Source: a virus
Taxonomy: Duplodnaviria > Heunggongvirae > Uroviricota > Caudoviricetes
Reading direction: 5' to 3' (one strand)
Virus record (IMG/VR): IMGVR_UViG_3300027777_000022
Length of the DNA stretch: 64,000 bases
Shown: positions 21,201 through 33,021 of the stretch, one piece after another
How the letters are laid out: each line of letters opens with the position of its first letter
How positions within the stretch are numbered: the stretch's first letter is position 1
The notes under the pieces: generated by a model
What the model saw: the letters and a program-made list of their open reading frames with translations, nothing else
Told to the model about the DNA's origin: nothing
Database searches by the model: none
Position numbers and translations under genes: made by a program

Positions 21201-24200
21201 CCAACGCCAATCGCAGTTTCTATGAACTGCAACTCAACGAATCGTTGCTTACTGCCAACCCAAGCACTATCCAAGTTGTGTTGCCCAATGAATCTAGTTT
21301 GGCTGAACAAACAGTTTTGCTGAGTAACCTATGGAAAACCAGCTATAAAATAACCAGTCCGAACATATTAACCACAGTAACATTGCCTATAGAAGATTCG
21401 GCATTGCCCAGTGCCGGCTATGTGAATTTTAATGATGTTGATATCACGGTATTTGATATTGCAAACACCGCAGAACTAAATGCCAACATTGACAATATCA
21501 ACGTAGGAACTGATATATGGGTAGCACGGATCAATAGCTACGACTGGGGAATTTTTAGAACCAGCCAACTTCCGGGATATCTCAGTACAGTTACTACAAA
21601 TCTTGATGGTACTAGTGTGTTTACCTTTACTCAACCTCACGGCATTACCACTGCTGGGCGCTTGTTTATAATTCGATTCTTCTCAGACGAAGTCAATGGA
21701 GTATATGAAGTAGTACGTGTGCCAAGTATCAATCAACTGGTTGCTGCATTTAGTTTTGTTAACCCCAGTCAAATCACTGCCTCTGGCAGCGGCATTGGTT
21801 TTGTATTGCAAACTCAGCGGGTAAAACAAGCTAGTGATGTAATCGCATTGCCATATGCCAACAGTTTGATTCCAGGCAACAAGGTATGGGTAGATAACAA
21901 TGGATCGGGGCTATGGCAAGTGTTGGAAAAACAATTGGTTTTCACATCCACTTCTGAAATAAAAGCTGCTGTACCTCAAACAAATAGTCAATATGGTCAA
22001 AGCCTGGCACAGAGCAAGGATAATATCTATGTAATTGTTGGTAGTCCAGCATACAATTCAGGTAGCGGTGCTGCATACACTTACATACGAACAGCAGTTA
22101 ATCCGTTGGTAGAAAATTCTGTGCTTGAGCTTGGCGCAGAAAACACTGTTGGATACGGACATGCTGTAAGCATTGGTGACCAAACTTGGCAAGTGATAGG
22201 TGCCCCGGCCAGCAATAACAATCTAGGTTATGCTGCCACAGTTTATAGAATTCCCGACACCAGCACCTTTATAACTTCAAGTGTACTTACAGTACCTATT
22301 GTGACTGATCTAGTACGTCCAGCTGAGTTTGGTTACAGTGTAGCAATCAGCCAAGATGAGCATTGGATGTATATTGGTGCTCCTGGCATCAACAAAGTAT
22401 TTGCATACGGATTGGTAGAAGTTCAGACTCAAACTAAAAAATACATAACTGACGGCACTACTTCTATTTTTAATTACAGCAATTACATTGTGATTGATTC
22501 GCAGTATTCTGATCAGCTCAATGTGGTACTGAATAATGAAAATCTAACACAAGGATTTGATTATACGTTAACAGCTACCAGTGTGGTGTTTAACTCAACG
22601 CCACCAAGTGATTTGGTACTACAAATCACTCGTCAAACTTCTGTAACATACACTGGTGATGGATCAACACACATATTCTCACTGAACGAATATTTGTACA
22701 CCGCAACCAACATCTACAGTTTTGTTGTTTCTATCAATGGAGTATTACAACGTCCAAATATTGATTACGAATTCAATGCAGACTACAGTACCACTGGTAG
22801 AGATTTAATATTCTTTATACCGCCTGCTGCCAATGCATCAGTCACAGTATCCACCAACAGCTACTACACATTCGTTGATGCGTTGGAGTTCACTATTGAA
22901 TTCACAGCGTCAATTGCTGGTAACATACTCACAGTGACTGATGTACCTGTTGGGTTTCAATCTCTTGCGATTGGCATGGTTCTCAGTGGCACCAATGTTG
23001 CACAAGGTACACGTATCACAGCCCTGCTTACCGGAACTGGCGGCACAGGTACATATATTGTGTCACCGGGACAGACCACTGCATCTACTACAATCACAGC
23101 CAGATTGGCCGATGACAGTAGATTTGGTCAAAGTGTTGCATGTACCATTGACGGCACACAGATTCTGATTGGTGCACCAAACACCAATGCTGATAATGTT
23201 GCGGATGCTGGTACAGTTTACGCATATGATCGTTCAGTGCAAAATTTTGTAGTAACCAATACTGCACAAACATCTTACACTGTGGATGGTGGTGTATTGG
23301 TTGCACCCACTTTTGTAAATTTAAACAACACCTTCTTGGTCAACACCGAAGATAACATAGGCGGAACATTCTCTGTGAGCGGTGCCACAGTCACGGTGAC
23401 AGCTTCACTGGCAGTAGGCGATGTGTTGCAAATACAACCAAACACATTTAGTCTATTGCAGATCTTGAATGCCAACTCGCCAGGTGTGAGTGCTAACTTT
23501 GGTGGTAGTGTGGACGTGTGTAGATATAGTTGCAGTGTGTACACTGGCGCACCAAGCGATAGTTCTGTGTTGGCCAACGCTGGATCAGTACAACGCAATG
23601 TAAATCAAAGTCGCTTGTATGGCACCACTACTAGTTTTAACGTCAATCCTGTATTGACTCCTGGGCAAAGTCTCAGAATCAACAATCAAGAATTTGTATT
23701 TGCAGATCCTGATCAGTGGAACAGCAATGTGAGTTGGCCTATCAACAGCGTGGTTCAGGATAGTGGAATGATATATCAGTCCATTCGACCTGTGCCTGTG
23801 GGCATAACACTCAATAATGCGTACTATTGGAAACAAAGCAATTGGATGACTGCGTTGGTTGATAGTATCAACGCATCGGGCATTGCTAACGTGATAGCTA
23901 GTACCGGTGCTCTTGGCACAACATCATTTGGATTGCTAACATTAAGTGTGAAGAATGTGTTGGCTGCTGACCCTACCAATCGTCTTACTGTATTGCCAGG
24001 CCTGATTGGCAACATGTTCTATGTACTTGGATTCAACACCTATGCTTACACACAAACTATTACCAGCCCGTTGCCGTCAATCAACGCCAATTTTGGCTCA
24101 GCACTGAATATTGATACGTCGGCTACTACATTAACTGTGGGAGTACCTGGTGGAAACTTGTATCGTCCCAACACATTTGATCAGGGTACCACATATTTTG

Positions 24201-27200
24201 ACGGCCGTACTACCACATTCAATGGACCATTGTATCAGACTGGAGTGGTTTACACATACGATTATCTGCGTAGTGCATCTGACTCTGTTAGAGATCCGGG
24301 CAAGTTTGCATTTGGACAACAAATATATGATCAACGTGTGAGAGAACTAGATCAGTTTGGTACTGCAATAGATTACACCAATGGTGTACTGATGATAGGC
24401 AGTCCAGGTAGTGATGTGGATGACAGCACTCACAGTGAACTGAATTATGGGCGTGTGGCAGTATTTAAAAATGACACACTTACACCAGCGTGGGTAGTAA
24501 TACACGAACAACTGCCTGTGGTCAACATCAACTTGATCAATTCGGTCTACAGTTACAATGCCAACACAGGTGCTAAAACTACATTCTTTGATTTTATTGA
24601 TCCACTACAAGGAAAAATACTAGGAGCCGCTGCTGAAAATATTGATTATACCAGTGTGGTAGATCCTGCTGCATATAATGTAGGTCCAGTAAACAACTAT
24701 GGTAGGATCTGGGACGAAGTACATGTAGGTGAAATTTGGTGGGATACCAACAGTGTGAGATTTATTGATCCTAACCAAGACAATATCACTTATGCAGCTC
24801 GACGGTGGGCACAAATATTTCCAGGATCAACTGTTGATGTGTATCAATGGGTCAGTAGTACAGTACCGCCAGCTGGGTACACCGGACCGGGTACACCACG
24901 AGATATTTTCAGTTACAATGCAACCAATGGAATAAACTCTGATGGAATTTTTACCACCACTTATTATTTCTGGGTACAAGGGATTACCACAATCAATACC
25001 ACAGCTGGCAAAACTCTCAGTATCGCTGGTATTTCTAGATATATTGCAGATCCACGCAGTTCGGGCATTCCTTATGTGGCATTTTTGAACGCCAGTGCAA
25101 CCGGTATTTACAATGCATTGAATGATATTTCCGCACAAGATACCATCCTCAGCATTGAGTTTGATCAAGAATTGACCAGTAACAATGTTCACACACAATA
25201 CAGTTTGATTCCTCAAGATCGGGCCGACGGATTCCTTCCTGACAATCTATATCTTAAATTTATAGATAGTCTTTGCGGAGTCAACTCAACTGGTGCAGCA
25301 GTACCGGATATTACTCTAAGCCCTGCTAATCGTTACGGAGTACAATTCCGTCCACGACAAAGCATGTTTGAAGATAGATTCCTGGCATTAAAGAACTATT
25401 TTGGCCGAGTGAACTCAGTATTGGCACAGTATCCAATTACAGAAATTCGCAGTTTTGCATTGTTAAACAGCAGAGAACCTGAGCCACCGGCAGGAACAGG
25501 AGCCTGGAACAAACGAGTGGCCAACCTTGAAGAGTTGAGTTATCAGGATCTTGCACAGATTCCAGTCGGCTATTTGTATCTTGTGGTAAGCGATTCTAAT
25601 CAGAACGGTCTGTGGACTATCTATCAAGTCACCGCAACAAAAACATTTGCCACATTGGATCTAGTACGAGTGCAAAATTACGATACTCGTCGATACTGGA
25701 ATTATATCAACTGGTATCTACCAGGTTATAATCCCAGCAAATTAGTTATTGCCACAGTGGGTGTATACAGCGACCTAAGTAAGTTGAGTTTGTATCAAGC
25801 ACCAGTGGGTTCTAGTGTGCGAGTCACTGCTAATTCACAAAACAAGTGGGAAATATATCTGCGTGTGGCCACTGACAAATGGGATCGTGTGGCCTTACAA
25901 GACGGTACCATAAAAATCTCTGCCAAATTATGGGATTATCAATTGGGCCGCTTTGGATTTGATGTGGAAGTTTTTGATGCACAATACTTTGATCAAGAGC
26001 CTGTGATTGAAACACGACGTATTATTCAAGCAATCAATCAAGAACTGTTAGTTGATGAATTGTTGATTGATCGCAATCGTGCATTGATCTTGATGTTTAA
26101 TTTTGCACTCAGCGAGTTCGAAGCCCCTGACTGGTTGTCAAAGACTTCATTGATTGACGTGGATCATACCATTCGTGAATTGATTGCATTCCAAACATAT
26201 CGTCGAGACAATCAAGATTTTGTGTTGGACTATATTCAAGAAGTCAAACCGTATCATGTGCAAATACGTGAATTCAACTTGATCTACAACGGATTAGATG
26301 ATTATCAAGGATCAATTGCTGACTTTGATGTTCCGGCATATTACGATACCGATATAATTCCCAATCAGTTTGTGAGTCCTATACTGACTCCGTACACTGT
26401 GAGCACAGCAGTTGGTACCGGTACTCCAGACGATGCCAGCGACGCTGCATCAGACAGTTTAATATGGCAAACACAGCCTTGGAATTTCTGGTATCAAAAT
26501 TACACTCTAGCTGTGGTGGGCGCTTCTGTAGCAGCAGCCGGGTCAGGATACACTGTTCCTCCAGCAGCAATAGTCACAGGTGATTGTGTTACCCCTGCTG
26601 AATTGACAGTGACAATCAATAGTCTTGGAAAATTAACCGGAGTTGTAGTAAACAATCCAGGAGTAGGGTATACCACAACAGCATTGATTACTCTTAGCGG
26701 CGGAAATGGCACTGGCGGGCAGTTGGTGGCCATAATGGCTGGTCCGGGCACCGGAGAAAATCAAAATCCAACACTGGCAACCTACGGTGATACACAGTAT
26801 TATAATCTAGTACGCAGTTTCAATATCACAATGAAATATGATAGGTATCAATATGTATCAACCATTGTAGATTGGGAGCCCAATGTAAACTATGACAACG
26901 GCACCCAAGTACGCTATGATAATCGTGTGTGGACTGCAAATAGTTCAGATTCAACTGGAGTTGACACTGCTACATTCGATCCTGCCAACTGGTTGTTGGT
27001 AAATGCTGCCACACTAAGTGGTGTAGACCGTACCATGGGATTATATGTGCCCACAGTAAACGAGCCTGGGTTAGATCTAGGCTTGTTAATTGATGGTATA
27101 ACTTACCCAGGTGTGCAAGTATCTGCACCAACTTTTGGACAGAACACCGGCTTTGATATAGGCAATTTTGATGTAAACCCATTTGACAACATTGCATATG

Positions 27201-29422
27201 GTCCAGAAGGACTGCCTACATATGATCCAGGTATCCTAGATGCCATTTACGAAAGCAGATTCTTGGACACCTATTTGGGCACACGCCCTACGGATATCAA
27301 TGTCAACGGAGGCGAGTTTGTTGGCCCTTACGAAAGTCACGCACCTGAAGAACTAGTACCTGGATCAGAATTTGATACCTTAGACTTCCGTGTGTACACT
27401 CGTCCAGGATCAGACTGGGACAACAACGGCCATGGATTTGCTTGGAAGATTACAAAATGGGTCTACAACAGCACCACAGCCGCTACACAGAGTTTTGACA
27501 ACATTATTACTGCTCCTGTACAAGTGCGTGTGACCAATCAAACACAAGGTCGTGATCTTGTGCAAGACGTAGCATACACTATCAATTGGGTCTCTAATAT
27601 TGTGACCATTGTGCCCAGCGTCAGCGCACCACCAGCAGCCAACGGGGACACATTGGTTATTTCAGTGTTTGGTATTGGTGGCGGCAATCAACTGTACAAA
27701 AACGTATTCAATGGTGCCAATGTTGGTAACTTCTTGAATATTCCAGTTGCTAATGCTGAAATATTTGACATGGCTATCTTTGTTAATGGCACACTAATAA
27801 CCAACTATACATATAGTGCAGGTATCGATCGTAGCACAGACATCTTGTTTGATGACACATACACATCAACTGATGAAATCAACATAACAGCCATTGGGGA
27901 TACTGACGGATCGTTGCCTTACACTTGGTCTACTCCGCAGACACAATACTTTAACAGTTTGGGTCAGTTGGATTATCAGCTGGACAATTCTATGTCAGGC
28001 ACCAACATTCCTAACTTGATAGTAGAAGTCAACGGCATTCGTGCAAGACCGCCCGAGGGTGCATTTTACATTGCAGATGGCAGTTCAGGATATGCATTGC
28101 CCAATCGCGGAGGATACAGTCTGGCACTGGTAAGTGACAACGATGTACTGGTATATGTAGACAATCAAAAATTAAATTTAGGGACTGATTACATTGTAGA
28201 ACCTTACACAGGCAATGACACCAGATATGTAGATTTTACCACAGCGCCACCAGTGGCATCTGAAGTATTGATCAGTGTTATTACCCGAGCTGACTATGTG
28301 ATATACGACGATGGCAGTAGCATAGACAATTATCAATTGGTATTCCGTACCACCGGTGGATTCTATCCTCAATACGGCGATGTGGTATCGGTCACAAGCT
28401 GGAATAATACTGCACAGCAAAGTATAGTGACTCTACTATGGCAAGGTCCTGTAACAGAAGGTGCAGTTGTTAACGAGCCATTTGACAGCACAGTATTTGA
28501 TGCAGGTGATGTATCCAACGATCCCGGCAGCTTTGATTACACCGAAGGAGTTCAAGTTGTTGTGAATGATTTCCAACTGGGTAGAATTGTCACGGATCCA
28601 ACCAGAATGTGGGTTACCAAGAACGGCAGTCGTATTTTCTACGGTGATGATTATTTGATCTCTGGTGAAGAATTGATAGTGCATGGTGGACCAATCGGCA
28701 CAACCACAGTTATTGTAGCCGAGTTGTTTACTGATTCAGTGGTACCCGAAGCAATGGAATTTAGAATCTTTCAAGACATGCGAGGTGTGCAAGCTACCTA
28801 CAGAATCACACCAGATACCACAACCACACTAACACAAAAATTGTACAAAGATGAGGACACTATCTATGTTGCCAATGCTGGTGCACTAACACAACCTGAT
28901 TTGCAAGCAAACATCTGGGGTGTTATCACTATCAACGGTGAACGCATTATGTATCGTGAGCTTGACACCAACAACAACACAGTCAGCAGTTTGTTGCGTG
29001 GCACAGCAGGTACCGCAGCGGCCGAGCATGAAGTAGATTCCATAGTGTACAACACAGGTAGAGGTAATTTGGCACCAGCTGAATATCAAGATCATGTGGT
29101 TTATACCAATACTCTAGCTGATGGAAGTACCACAATATTCTCTGCACCAAATATTGATTTGAGTGCATTGACCGTGAGTTTTGCCGAACAAGCTATCTTG
29201 GTATATGTGGCTGGAATACGGGTGTACACTGGATACACTGTGGATTCTGTGGCACCTGCCACTGTGACATTTGACACAGCACCCACTGCTGGATATGAAG
29301 TTTCCATCCTGGTGCGTCAAGGATTTGGGTGGTATCAACCAGCAAACGGTGAACCGTCAGATGGTAGAGCATTGCAAATTACCCAAACTGACGCCGCAAG
29401 GTTCTTCCGAGAACAAAATTAA
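15248..29422 (+). CDS. Giant (4724-aa) virion structural protein at the gp7 position, multi-domain with FG-GAP-type repeats
   Basis: Single 14.2-kb ORF after gp6; starts [12 protein letters not shown]; seven FG/YG...IG(A/S)P repeats; GDGST-x2-F modules; FD-x4-FD motifs; S/T/N-rich. Confidence 0.85.
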   Translation: MATTKSVDFLPPIFQTSTNKQFLSATLDQLIQEPEFKKTQGFVGRHVGPGVNPNDYYVIEPTASRSNYQLEPGVISLVPDTNTIQDAVTYPGITDAIGRQGGFTNNSSRLYTSDYYTWDPFINFDKFTNYSQYYWLPGGPISVGVSGSTIPTTATYDVTRATTYYEFSSIKGKNPVITLVRGGTYEFAVNQAPNAFWIQAEPGVSGRLPYAPNISSRTVLGVTNNGEDSGTVTFSVPYKTAQQFYYNLALAPTIPTAGQVDLVTNIDYNQINGSLVSTFFANYPSGIDGITNLQNRTVIFDNTTAPTNVYQIQYIGTGLGQTIQLIPVLSVPALNKFTIMFGTEYSTTQWYLNASGYFEQIPLLTAVQDLLWYQDGTNPEIFGQIRLVDQTQSVTIDVITDILGKKNYTSPNGVVFTNNLKITFEGEVFPTSYQAQTYYVAGVGTAIQLLLETDYVTPEIVRTATTPWDFVPWDSGNWDGTLNQPLDPDYITIALDSADLNAWTRSNRWFHIDVINAAAAYNNTNVVLDNVFRAKRPIIEFRGGTRLYNMGTQAKDPVNIIDLAQTDALSNVNGATEYYVDGYQLQQGSRVIFAQDDDFNVRNKIYVVNFISPASVPLPDSSLVDQPIIDLVPADDALSLIDQCVVCLSGNTLQGVTFYYDGVQWIRAQQKTVVNQNPMFDVYDQAGYSLGNRVMYPSSTFSTNKNNLGTVTGGSPLFSYAIGPGTVADTVLGFPLKYLSLNNIGDIVFDNNLYADTFIYVKDNVQQTENISIGHVRQYENRTVYVKELGWQKAAVKSQIYQQFNFTYSTTPITASISGTTLTVTQVPATGSLLIGQSLAGKGVIPGTQITGLLTGTGGTGTYIVSPSQTVLSEIITATTPLILDVAAVPTGLVPSVKVYATSVSQNYSSSFQDPGNYTVTTTDDTTIIRFNPTTKIVLGDIVEVLVLSNQVSAAGFYQVPINLENNPLNGNNPYFTLGTIRTHYDTIAENLVNLTGIVNGANNTRDLGNIVPYGLSILQQSSPMTLAGYFLRKPDYDIFASLAFNSREYEKFKAQFLNTAIQGDYTNMSVAEILNAVFSEINTGRTSSNPFYWSDMLPTGTVYTQLQTTITPITGRVFDLTQVYNYTSANYQALLVYINNRLLTRNVEYIVSVDAPVIVIDELVPLAVGDVVTIQEYEATFGSYVPNTPTKLGLYPAYVPEIFLDETYVTPTFVIRGHDGSITRAFSDFRDQLLLEFETRIYNNLKLDGNPVPLTAAEVIPGQFRTTGYSLVEIQNILNQDFLTWVGWNKLDYKTQDYIATNEFTWNYSTASNKLTRDPLLIGAWRGIYNYFYDTIYPDTRPWELLGFSERPIWWQNQYGPAPYTSGNLVLWGDLAAGLVRDPVAPYIRAAYVRPELLQVIPVDSEGQLLSPQQVVVGNFNTADFRKSWVAGDDGPVENAWRTSSAYPFAIMRLLALTRPAEFFSLFADRDLYKFDTDYNQYLYNNRYRLDANGVEVYGNGTSKASYIDWIVDFNRVSGINSTDALTADLKNLDVRLCYRMASFSGKNLLELYTEKSSPNSSNSSLLLPDDSYNLLFYKNVPFDQLTYSSVIVQSTTNGWAVYGYNMSQPYFNILQSKINGNLGTISAGSSTVRVPVAYTNNVVQIPYGYVFTNQTLVADFLLSYGALLQRQGLVFNTVENGYVLDWNQMVSEFLYWSNQGWDTGSIINLNPGASKLIVERVGAIVDSIAVQTTENMVLNADRTPFNARDLVIERLDNTFTITSLTTETINFLNIKFTSYENMIVLDNTSIFADLIYNPITAARQSRIRLVGWTTTEWNGQLNAQGFILNQDDVKPWNPLKKYARGEIVKWKNTYYSALDIVQPSAEFDINNWRVSNYTLIQQGLLPNLANKSNQLANSYNIYTANLELNQDLFSYALIGWKPRQYMVNLELDSTSQVSLYQQFLGTKGTLRAADIFSFADIGHGPTQYQIYENWAILRGVYGANANRSFYELQLNESLLTANPSTIQVVLPNESSLAEQTVLLSNLWKTSYKITSPNILTTVTLPIEDSALPSAGYVNFNDVDITVFDIANTAELNANIDNINVGTDIWVARINSYDWGIFRTSQLPGYLSTVTTNLDGTSVFTFTQPHGITTAGRLFIIRFFSDEVNGVYEVVRVPSINQLVAAFSFVNPSQITASGSGIGFVLQTQRVKQASDVIALPYANSLIPGNKVWVDNNGSGLWQVLEKQLVFTSTSEIKAAVPQTNSQYGQSLAQSKDNIYVIVGSPAYNSGSGAAYTYIRTAVNPLVENSVLELGAENTVGYGHAVSIGDQTWQVIGAPASNNNLGYAATVYRIPDTSTFITSSVLTVPIVTDLVRPAEFGYSVAISQDEHWMYIGAPGINKVFAYGLVEVQTQTKKYITDGTTSIFNYSNYIVIDSQYSDQLNVVLNNENLTQGFDYTLTATSVVFNSTPPSDLVLQITRQTSVTYTGDGSTHIFSLNEYLYTATNIYSFVVSINGVLQRPNIDYEFNADYSTTGRDLIFFIPPAANASVTVSTNSYYTFVDALEFTIEFTASIAGNILTVTDVPVGFQSLAIGMVLSGTNVAQGTRITALLTGTGGTGTYIVSPGQTTASTTITARLADDSRFGQSVACTIDGTQILIGAPNTNADNVADAGTVYAYDRSVQNFVVTNTAQTSYTVDGGVLVAPTFVNLNNTFLVNTEDNIGGTFSVSGATVTVTASLAVGDVLQIQPNTFSLLQILNANSPGVSANFGGSVDVCRYSCSVYTGAPSDSSVLANAGSVQRNVNQSRLYGTTTSFNVNPVLTPGQSLRINNQEFVFADPDQWNSNVSWPINSVVQDSGMIYQSIRPVPVGITLNNAYYWKQSNWMTALVDSINASGIANVIASTGALGTTSFGLLTLSVKNVLAADPTNRLTVLPGLIGNMFYVLGFNTYAYTQTITSPLPSINANFGSALNIDTSATTLTVGVPGGNLYRPNTFDQGTTYFDGRTTTFNGPLYQTGVVYTYDYLRSASDSVRDPGKFAFGQQIYDQRVRELDQFGTAIDYTNGVLMIGSPGSDVDDSTHSELNYGRVAVFKNDTLTPAWVVIHEQLPVVNINLINSVYSYNANTGAKTTFFDFIDPLQGKILGAAAENIDYTSVVDPAAYNVGPVNNYGRIWDEVHVGEIWWDTNSVRFIDPNQDNITYAARRWAQIFPGSTVDVYQWVSSTVPPAGYTGPGTPRDIFSYNATNGINSDGIFTTTYYFWVQGITTINTTAGKTLSIAGISRYIADPRSSGIPYVAFLNASATGIYNALNDISAQDTILSIEFDQELTSNNVHTQYSLIPQDRADGFLPDNLYLKFIDSLCGVNSTGAAVPDITLSPANRYGVQFRPRQSMFEDRFLALKNYFGRVNSVLAQYPITEIRSFALLNSREPEPPAGTGAWNKRVANLEELSYQDLAQIPVGYLYLVVSDSNQNGLWTIYQVTATKTFATLDLVRVQNYDTRRYWNYINWYLPGYNPSKLVIATVGVYSDLSKLSLYQAPVGSSVRVTANSQNKWEIYLRVATDKWDRVALQDGTIKISAKLWDYQLGRFGFDVEVFDAQYFDQEPVIETRRIIQAINQELLVDELLIDRNRALILMFNFALSEFEAPDWLSKTSLIDVDHTIRELIAFQTYRRDNQDFVLDYIQEVKPYHVQIREFNLIYNGLDDYQGSIADFDVPAYYDTDIIPNQFVSPILTPYTVSTAVGTGTPDDASDAASDSLIWQTQPWNFWYQNYTLAVVGASVAAAGSGYTVPPAAIVTGDCVTPAELTVTINSLGKLTGVVVNNPGVGYTTTALITLSGGNGTGGQLVAIMAGPGTGENQNPTLATYGDTQYYNLVRSFNITMKYDRYQYVSTIVDWEPNVNYDNGTQVRYDNRVWTANSSDSTGVDTATFDPANWLLVNAATLSGVDRTMGLYVPTVNEPGLDLGLLIDGITYPGVQVSAPTFGQNTGFDIGNFDVNPFDNIAYGPEGLPTYDPGILDAIYESRFLDTYLGTRPTDINVNGGEFVGPYESHAPEELVPGSEFDTLDFRVYTRPGSDWDNNGHGFAWKITKWVYNSTTAATQSFDNIITAPVQVRVTNQTQGRDLVQDVAYTINWVSNIVTIVPSVSAPPAANGDTLVISVFGIGGGNQLYKNVFNGANVGNFLNIPVANAEIFDMAIFVNGTLITNYTYSAGIDRSTDILFDDTYTSTDEINITAIGDTDGSLPYTWSTPQTQYFNSLGQLDYQLDNSMSGTNIPNLIVEVNGIRARPPEGAFYIADGSSGYALPNRGGYSLALVSDNDVLVYVDNQKLNLGTDYIVEPYTGNDTRYVDFTTAPPVASEVLISVITRADYVIYDDGSSIDNYQLVFRTTGGFYPQYGDVVSVTSWNNTAQQSIVTLLWQGPVTEGAVVNEPFDSTVFDAGDVSNDPGSFDYTEGVQVVVNDFQLGRIVTDPTRMWVTKNGSRIFYGDDYLISGEELIVHGGPIGTTTVIVAELFTDSVVPEAMEFRIFQDMRGVQATYRITPDTTTTLTQKLYKDEDTIYVANAGALTQPDLQANIWGVITINGERIMYRELDTNNNTVSSLLRGTAGTAAAEHEVDSIVYNTGRGNLAPAEYQDHVVYTNTLADGSTTIFSAPNIDLSALTVSFAEQAILVYVAGIRVYTGYTVDSVAPATVTFDTAPTAGYEVSILVRQGFGWYQPANGEPSDGRALQITQTDAARFFREQN

Positions 29423-29430
29423 GGTAAATA
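29423..29430 (+). promoter_or_regulatory. Late promoter GGTAAATA
   Basis: Directly after the giant-gene stop, 4 nt before an unannotated ATG. Confidence 0.6.
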
Positions 29431-29434
29431 AATC

Positions 29435-29581
29435 ATGCAGCAAAATCAGCAGATCACTCCACAGACACCCCAACCCACACCAGTAGCTCGCCCAGACGAG
29501 CGTGGCGCTATTGCAGTTTCAGGATCGTTAAAGATCTCTGACCCTGTGACCAAACAAGTATTTGTGGAGACACGAGCATGA
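29435..29581 (+). CDS. 48-aa small protein missing from the ORF track
   Basis: MQQNQQITPQTPQPTPVARPDERGAIAVSGSLKISDPVTKQVFVETRA*; fills the gap, follows a late promoter, ATGA overlap with the next gene. Confidence 0.75.
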   Translation: MQQNQQITPQTPQPTPVARPDERGAIAVSGSLKISDPVTKQVFVETRA

Positions 29582-30189
29582 TGATACCAGTTCGAATACA
29601 AGGCTTTGTGAAGATTTTTGATCCAAAATCTGGTGAAGTTTTTGTAGACAAGAAGAATGCCATACATTACGAAAACATGAGTATTGCGTTGGCCCAGACT
29701 CTAAGCAATAGAACTCTGGCACAAGGTGGCGGATGGATTTATGCTATGGCATTTGGCAACGGAGGAAGTTCCGTTGATCCCACTGGAGTAATCACATATT
29801 TGCCTCCCAATACCACTGGTATCAATGCAGATTTGTACAATGAAACTTTTGCCAAAGTAGTAGATGACAATTCTGCTGCTGATACTGATGTAACTAACAA
29901 TTACCTGCAGGTGTTGCACACGTCTGGGCAAGTATATACAGACATTCTAGTTAGTTGTTTGTTGGACTACGGCGAACCACCGGGGCAACAACCTTTTGAT
30001 AATTCAACCAATTTCAATGGTGAATATGTGTTTGATGAGTTGGGACTCAAAGCTGTCAACGGAGATACCACCAATCTTCGCTTGCTCACACATGTAATTT
30101 TTCACCCAGTACAGAAAAGTCTAAACCGCCAGATACAAATTGATTATACTGTGCGGATTCAGACGTTAACTAACCTAAGCACAGCATAA
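29578..30189 (+). CDS. Conserved-looking virion structural protein
   Basis: 203 aa in the late operon; KNAIHYENMS, FDELGL, LLTHVIFHPVQKSLNR-x-IQIDYTVRIQ. Confidence 0.7.
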   Translation: MMIPVRIQGFVKIFDPKSGEVFVDKKNAIHYENMSIALAQTLSNRTLAQGGGWIYAMAFGNGGSSVDPTGVITYLPPNTTGINADLYNETFAKVVDDNSAADTDVTNNYLQVLHTSGQVYTDILVSCLLDYGEPPGQQPFDNSTNFNGEYVFDELGLKAVNGDTTNLRLLTHVIFHPVQKSLNRQIQIDYTVRIQTLTNLSTA

Positions 30190-30217
30190 ATATGTGTAGA
30201 TTAACAGGTAATAAATA
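30185..30217 (+). promoter_or_regulatory. Tandem TAAATA late-promoter elements
   Basis: caTAAATA at 30185 and aaTAAATA at 30210, upstream of the fibre gene. Confidence 0.55.
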
Positions 30218-30241
30218 CCTATAAGATTCGGAGCAAGCAAT

Positions 30242-31657
30242 ATGTCATATACAATCACTCTTACCGATGGTTCAACGTTCGCAACCATACCCGACGGTAC
30301 CATCAACACCAGCTCAAGCATGACCCTGGTGGGTAAAAACTACGCCGGTTACGGGCAGTTTATCAATGATAACATCATCCGTTTACTACAAAATGGAGCA
30401 AATACCACAGCACCGGGCGCACCGCTGCAAGGTCAATTATGGTACGACCAGACCACTGGCACAATGAAAGTGTACACTGGCTCAACTTTTAAAGTTATCT
30501 CGGGTGCCACGGCTAGTTCAACTGCACCCTCTGTTTCAACAGTAGCCGGTGATTTATGGTACGACAGCGTTAACGCTCAGCTGAATGTTTACAGCGGTGC
30601 GGCTTGGATCTTGGTAGGTCCAGCCTATACTGGTGGTACTGGTGTAACTGGAGCAATTGTTGCAACCATCACAGATACCAATGCGGTAAGTCATGTGGCA
30701 GTGGAAATGTATGTGGCTGATGCAGTTGTGGGTATCTTCAGCAAGGATGCTGCGTATACACCTGCTACACCTCCCGCAGGTGGTGGATGGACTGGTAGCA
30801 GAACAGTTCAACCAGGTCTCACCATGTCAGGGCCAATTTCGGGTGTAACACCTTTGTTTCAGGGCACAGCCAACAATGCCAATTATCTAGGCGGAATAGC
30901 AGCTTCAGGATTTTTAGCTACCACTACCAATCAGACCATGACAGGAACATTGGGTATCTTGAACAACACTGGACTTGCAGTTGGAGTAAATTCAGATTTC
31001 AAAGCTTCGGTGACTGGGTCTGATGTATTTTTACGTAATCAAACTACCAATGGTAACTTGATAATCCAAGTCAACGATGGTGGTGTTACAACCAATGCCA
31101 TCAGTATCAATGGTTCAACCGGTGTGGTTACTATTCCTTCAATAACTTTAGGAGCAGGTGGAAATATTGCAGTTGGAAATATTACCAACTCCAATGGTAA
31201 CGGTATTGGTAATATTGGAAACAGCACCGGTTACTTCAACACTGTGTTTGCAAAAGCTACCACAGCACTGTATGCCGACGTTGCAGAACGTTTTGCTGCT
31301 GACGAGATCTACCAACCTGGTACTGTGGTTGAACTGGGCGGATCCGCTGAAATCACCAGGGTGTTAATAGATGCCAGTGAAAATGTGTTTGGTGTTATTT
31401 CTACTCGTCCTGCATTTACCATGAACGGTGGCGCAGGAGACAATGACACCCACCCACCAGTGGCCATGACGGGTCGTGTGCCTGTAATGGTAACAGGTGT
31501 GGTAAACAAAGGTGACAGGTTGATTTCTGCCGGTGATGGGATGGCACGTGCAGCACTAGCAGGTGAAGCTACAGCATTCAATGTGATTGGCCGTGCGCTG
31601 TCTGGCAAAACAACCACCGGTACAGGCACTATAGAAGCCATTGTCACAATAAAATAA
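30242..31657 (+). CDS. Tail fibre/spike with C-terminal intramolecular chaperone (peptidase G2-like)
   Basis: LVGKNYAGYG and PLQGQLWYD N-terminal modules; C-terminal YADVAERF...GTVV...VFGVISTRP...VAMTGRVPVMV-x-G-x2-NKGDRL. Confidence 0.75.
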   Translation: MSYTITLTDGSTFATIPDGTINTSSSMTLVGKNYAGYGQFINDNIIRLLQNGANTTAPGAPLQGQLWYDQTTGTMKVYTGSTFKVISGATASSTAPSVSTVAGDLWYDSVNAQLNVYSGAAWILVGPAYTGGTGVTGAIVATITDTNAVSHVAVEMYVADAVVGIFSKDAAYTPATPPAGGGWTGSRTVQPGLTMSGPISGVTPLFQGTANNANYLGGIAASGFLATTTNQTMTGTLGILNNTGLAVGVNSDFKASVTGSDVFLRNQTTNGNLIIQVNDGGVTTNAISINGSTGVVTIPSITLGAGGNIAVGNITNSNGNGIGNIGNSTGYFNTVFAKATTALYADVAERFAADEIYQPGTVVELGGSAEITRVLIDASENVFGVISTRPAFTMNGGAGDNDTHPPVAMTGRVPVMVTGVVNKGDRLISAGDGMARAALAGEATAFNVIGRALSGKTTTGTGTIEAIVTIK

Positions 31658-31669
31658 TAGGAAACTGAC

Positions 31670-32653
31670 ATGACATATTCAGCAGGCGGATTAATCCAGG
31701 CAGCAGACTATAATACCTTTGCTACAAATCTTAACGCAATTTGGAGTACAGGAACAACTGACAGCGGATGGGGACAAACTGCAATTTCATCCGTCAGCGC
31801 CGGCGGGGTCGTAACTGCTACCAACTGGGCAACACTGGTCAATAATCTCGCTACATCGGGTGCTCAAACTAACACTACGATAACAGCAAGAACAGCACCA
31901 GTCACAGGTGATGTTGTTGCCATTTTAACTAATGTAGCTACAGATATCACTAACTGTACTACCAATCGTGGTAATGCAGCTAGTTCGGGTGCTGAAGTTG
32001 GATATGCCAGTGGCACCACAAGTAAAACCACTGCCACTGGTTCTGGGCAAGCGGCCTGGACTATTACATTTACACATACCATAACATTCCCTAGTGCTGG
32101 TCAAGCTAGATATTTTTGGAATGCCGGCGGTCGTGTGCGATTACAATATGGCAAATCCAGTACAGGTACCGACATTGACCCTGATTGGAATACTTTTGCA
32201 GGACTTTGTGGATCAATTTATATAACAGGAAGAGTTAACAGCGCAGCACAGACCATTGCCGGCGTCAGCTACACTGGAACCACACGTATTGGTGGCACAG
32301 GCGGAACACAAACCACTTTGGCCACAACCACTGGGTGGTATCAACTGACCACCTCACCTGCAACCATATTTCAACTAAACAATGCCACATCTCCTTATAC
32401 CGGTGAATTTATTCGGACACAAGCCACAGCTACTTCAAGTACAGTACTGACCTTGACCACCGTTTGGAATCAACCGGCTGTGGCCGCAGCTGGAACAACA
32501 GCTAACATCTCAGGCGGAACAGCACCTGCACTTGGTGCCACTACAATCACAGGAACAGCACCAACCACATTGTGTACCTTTTTTCCACCATCAACTGCAC
32601 AGGGATTGGCCAACACCTGGGGAACACCTAGTATTGCTGCTTCAGTGGTATAA
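31670..32653 (+). CDS. Thr/Gly/Ala-rich virion structural protein
   Basis: 327 aa; MTYSAGGLIQAADYN, ARYFWNAGG; last gene before the terminator. Confidence 0.7.
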   Translation: MTYSAGGLIQAADYNTFATNLNAIWSTGTTDSGWGQTAISSVSAGGVVTATNWATLVNNLATSGAQTNTTITARTAPVTGDVVAILTNVATDITNCTTNRGNAASSGAEVGYASGTTSKTTATGSGQAAWTITFTHTITFPSAGQARYFWNAGGRVRLQYGKSSTGTDIDPDWNTFAGLCGSIYITGRVNSAAQTIAGVSYTGTTRIGGTGGTQTTLATTTGWYQLTTSPATIFQLNNATSPYTGEFIRTQATATSSTVLTLTTVWNQPAVAAAGTTANISGGTAPALGATTITGTAPTTLCTFFPPSTAQGLANTWGTPSIAASVV

Positions 32654-32668
32654 TAGGCTAAACACCAC

Positions 32669-32700
32669 AAGGGCAAAAGGTAGACTTTTGCCCTTTTTTT
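32669..32700 (+). terminator. Rho-independent terminator ending the structural operon
   Basis: Perfect 11-bp stem AAGGGCAAAAG/CTTTTGCCCTT, 5-nt loop, T-run. Confidence 0.85.
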
Positions 32701-32709
32701 GTTTATAAT
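32681..32709 (+). promoter_or_regulatory. Sigma70-type promoter embedded in the terminator
   Basis: TAGACT-N17-TATAAT; ATG 7 nt downstream (32716). Confidence 0.65.
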
Positions 32710-32715
32710 ACATCA

Positions 32716-33021
32716 ATGAATACTGACAACTTACTTGCTCATGCGCGAGCCCGGTTCGACCATGCGGCTGCACGTCGTGTGTTAAAAGAAAAATATGAAG
32801 CTAAAATGCTATTTGCACATGCTGGCGGTATGTGGCGTGCAGGTCCTGAACTGATTGCACTATTACATGCTTGCCCCGAAGAACAAGTGGTATTGCTAGA
32901 TCTTTATGAAACTCCGGTCAAAGTAAACATTACGGATTTACAGTTGTTGGCACACAGCCATTGGCAAGAGCAAATGAATGCTTGGTTGGTAGAGCATGAA
33001 GAATTAAACAAAAAACGATGA
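32716..33021 (+). CDS. Hypothetical protein (101 aa)
   Basis: ORF track; ATGA coupling to the next gene. Confidence 0.75.
   Translation: MNTDNLLAHARARFDHAAARRVLKEKYEAKMLFAHAGGMWRAGPELIALLHACPEEQVVLLDLYETPVKVNITDLQLLAHSHWQEQMNAWLVEHEELNKKR

Noticed and set aside
15248-29422. Intein or intron in the giant gene or gp6
   Set aside because: No C/S-start...HN-C/S/T splice motifs or LAGLIDADG/HNH segments recognised; ORFs are uninterrupted
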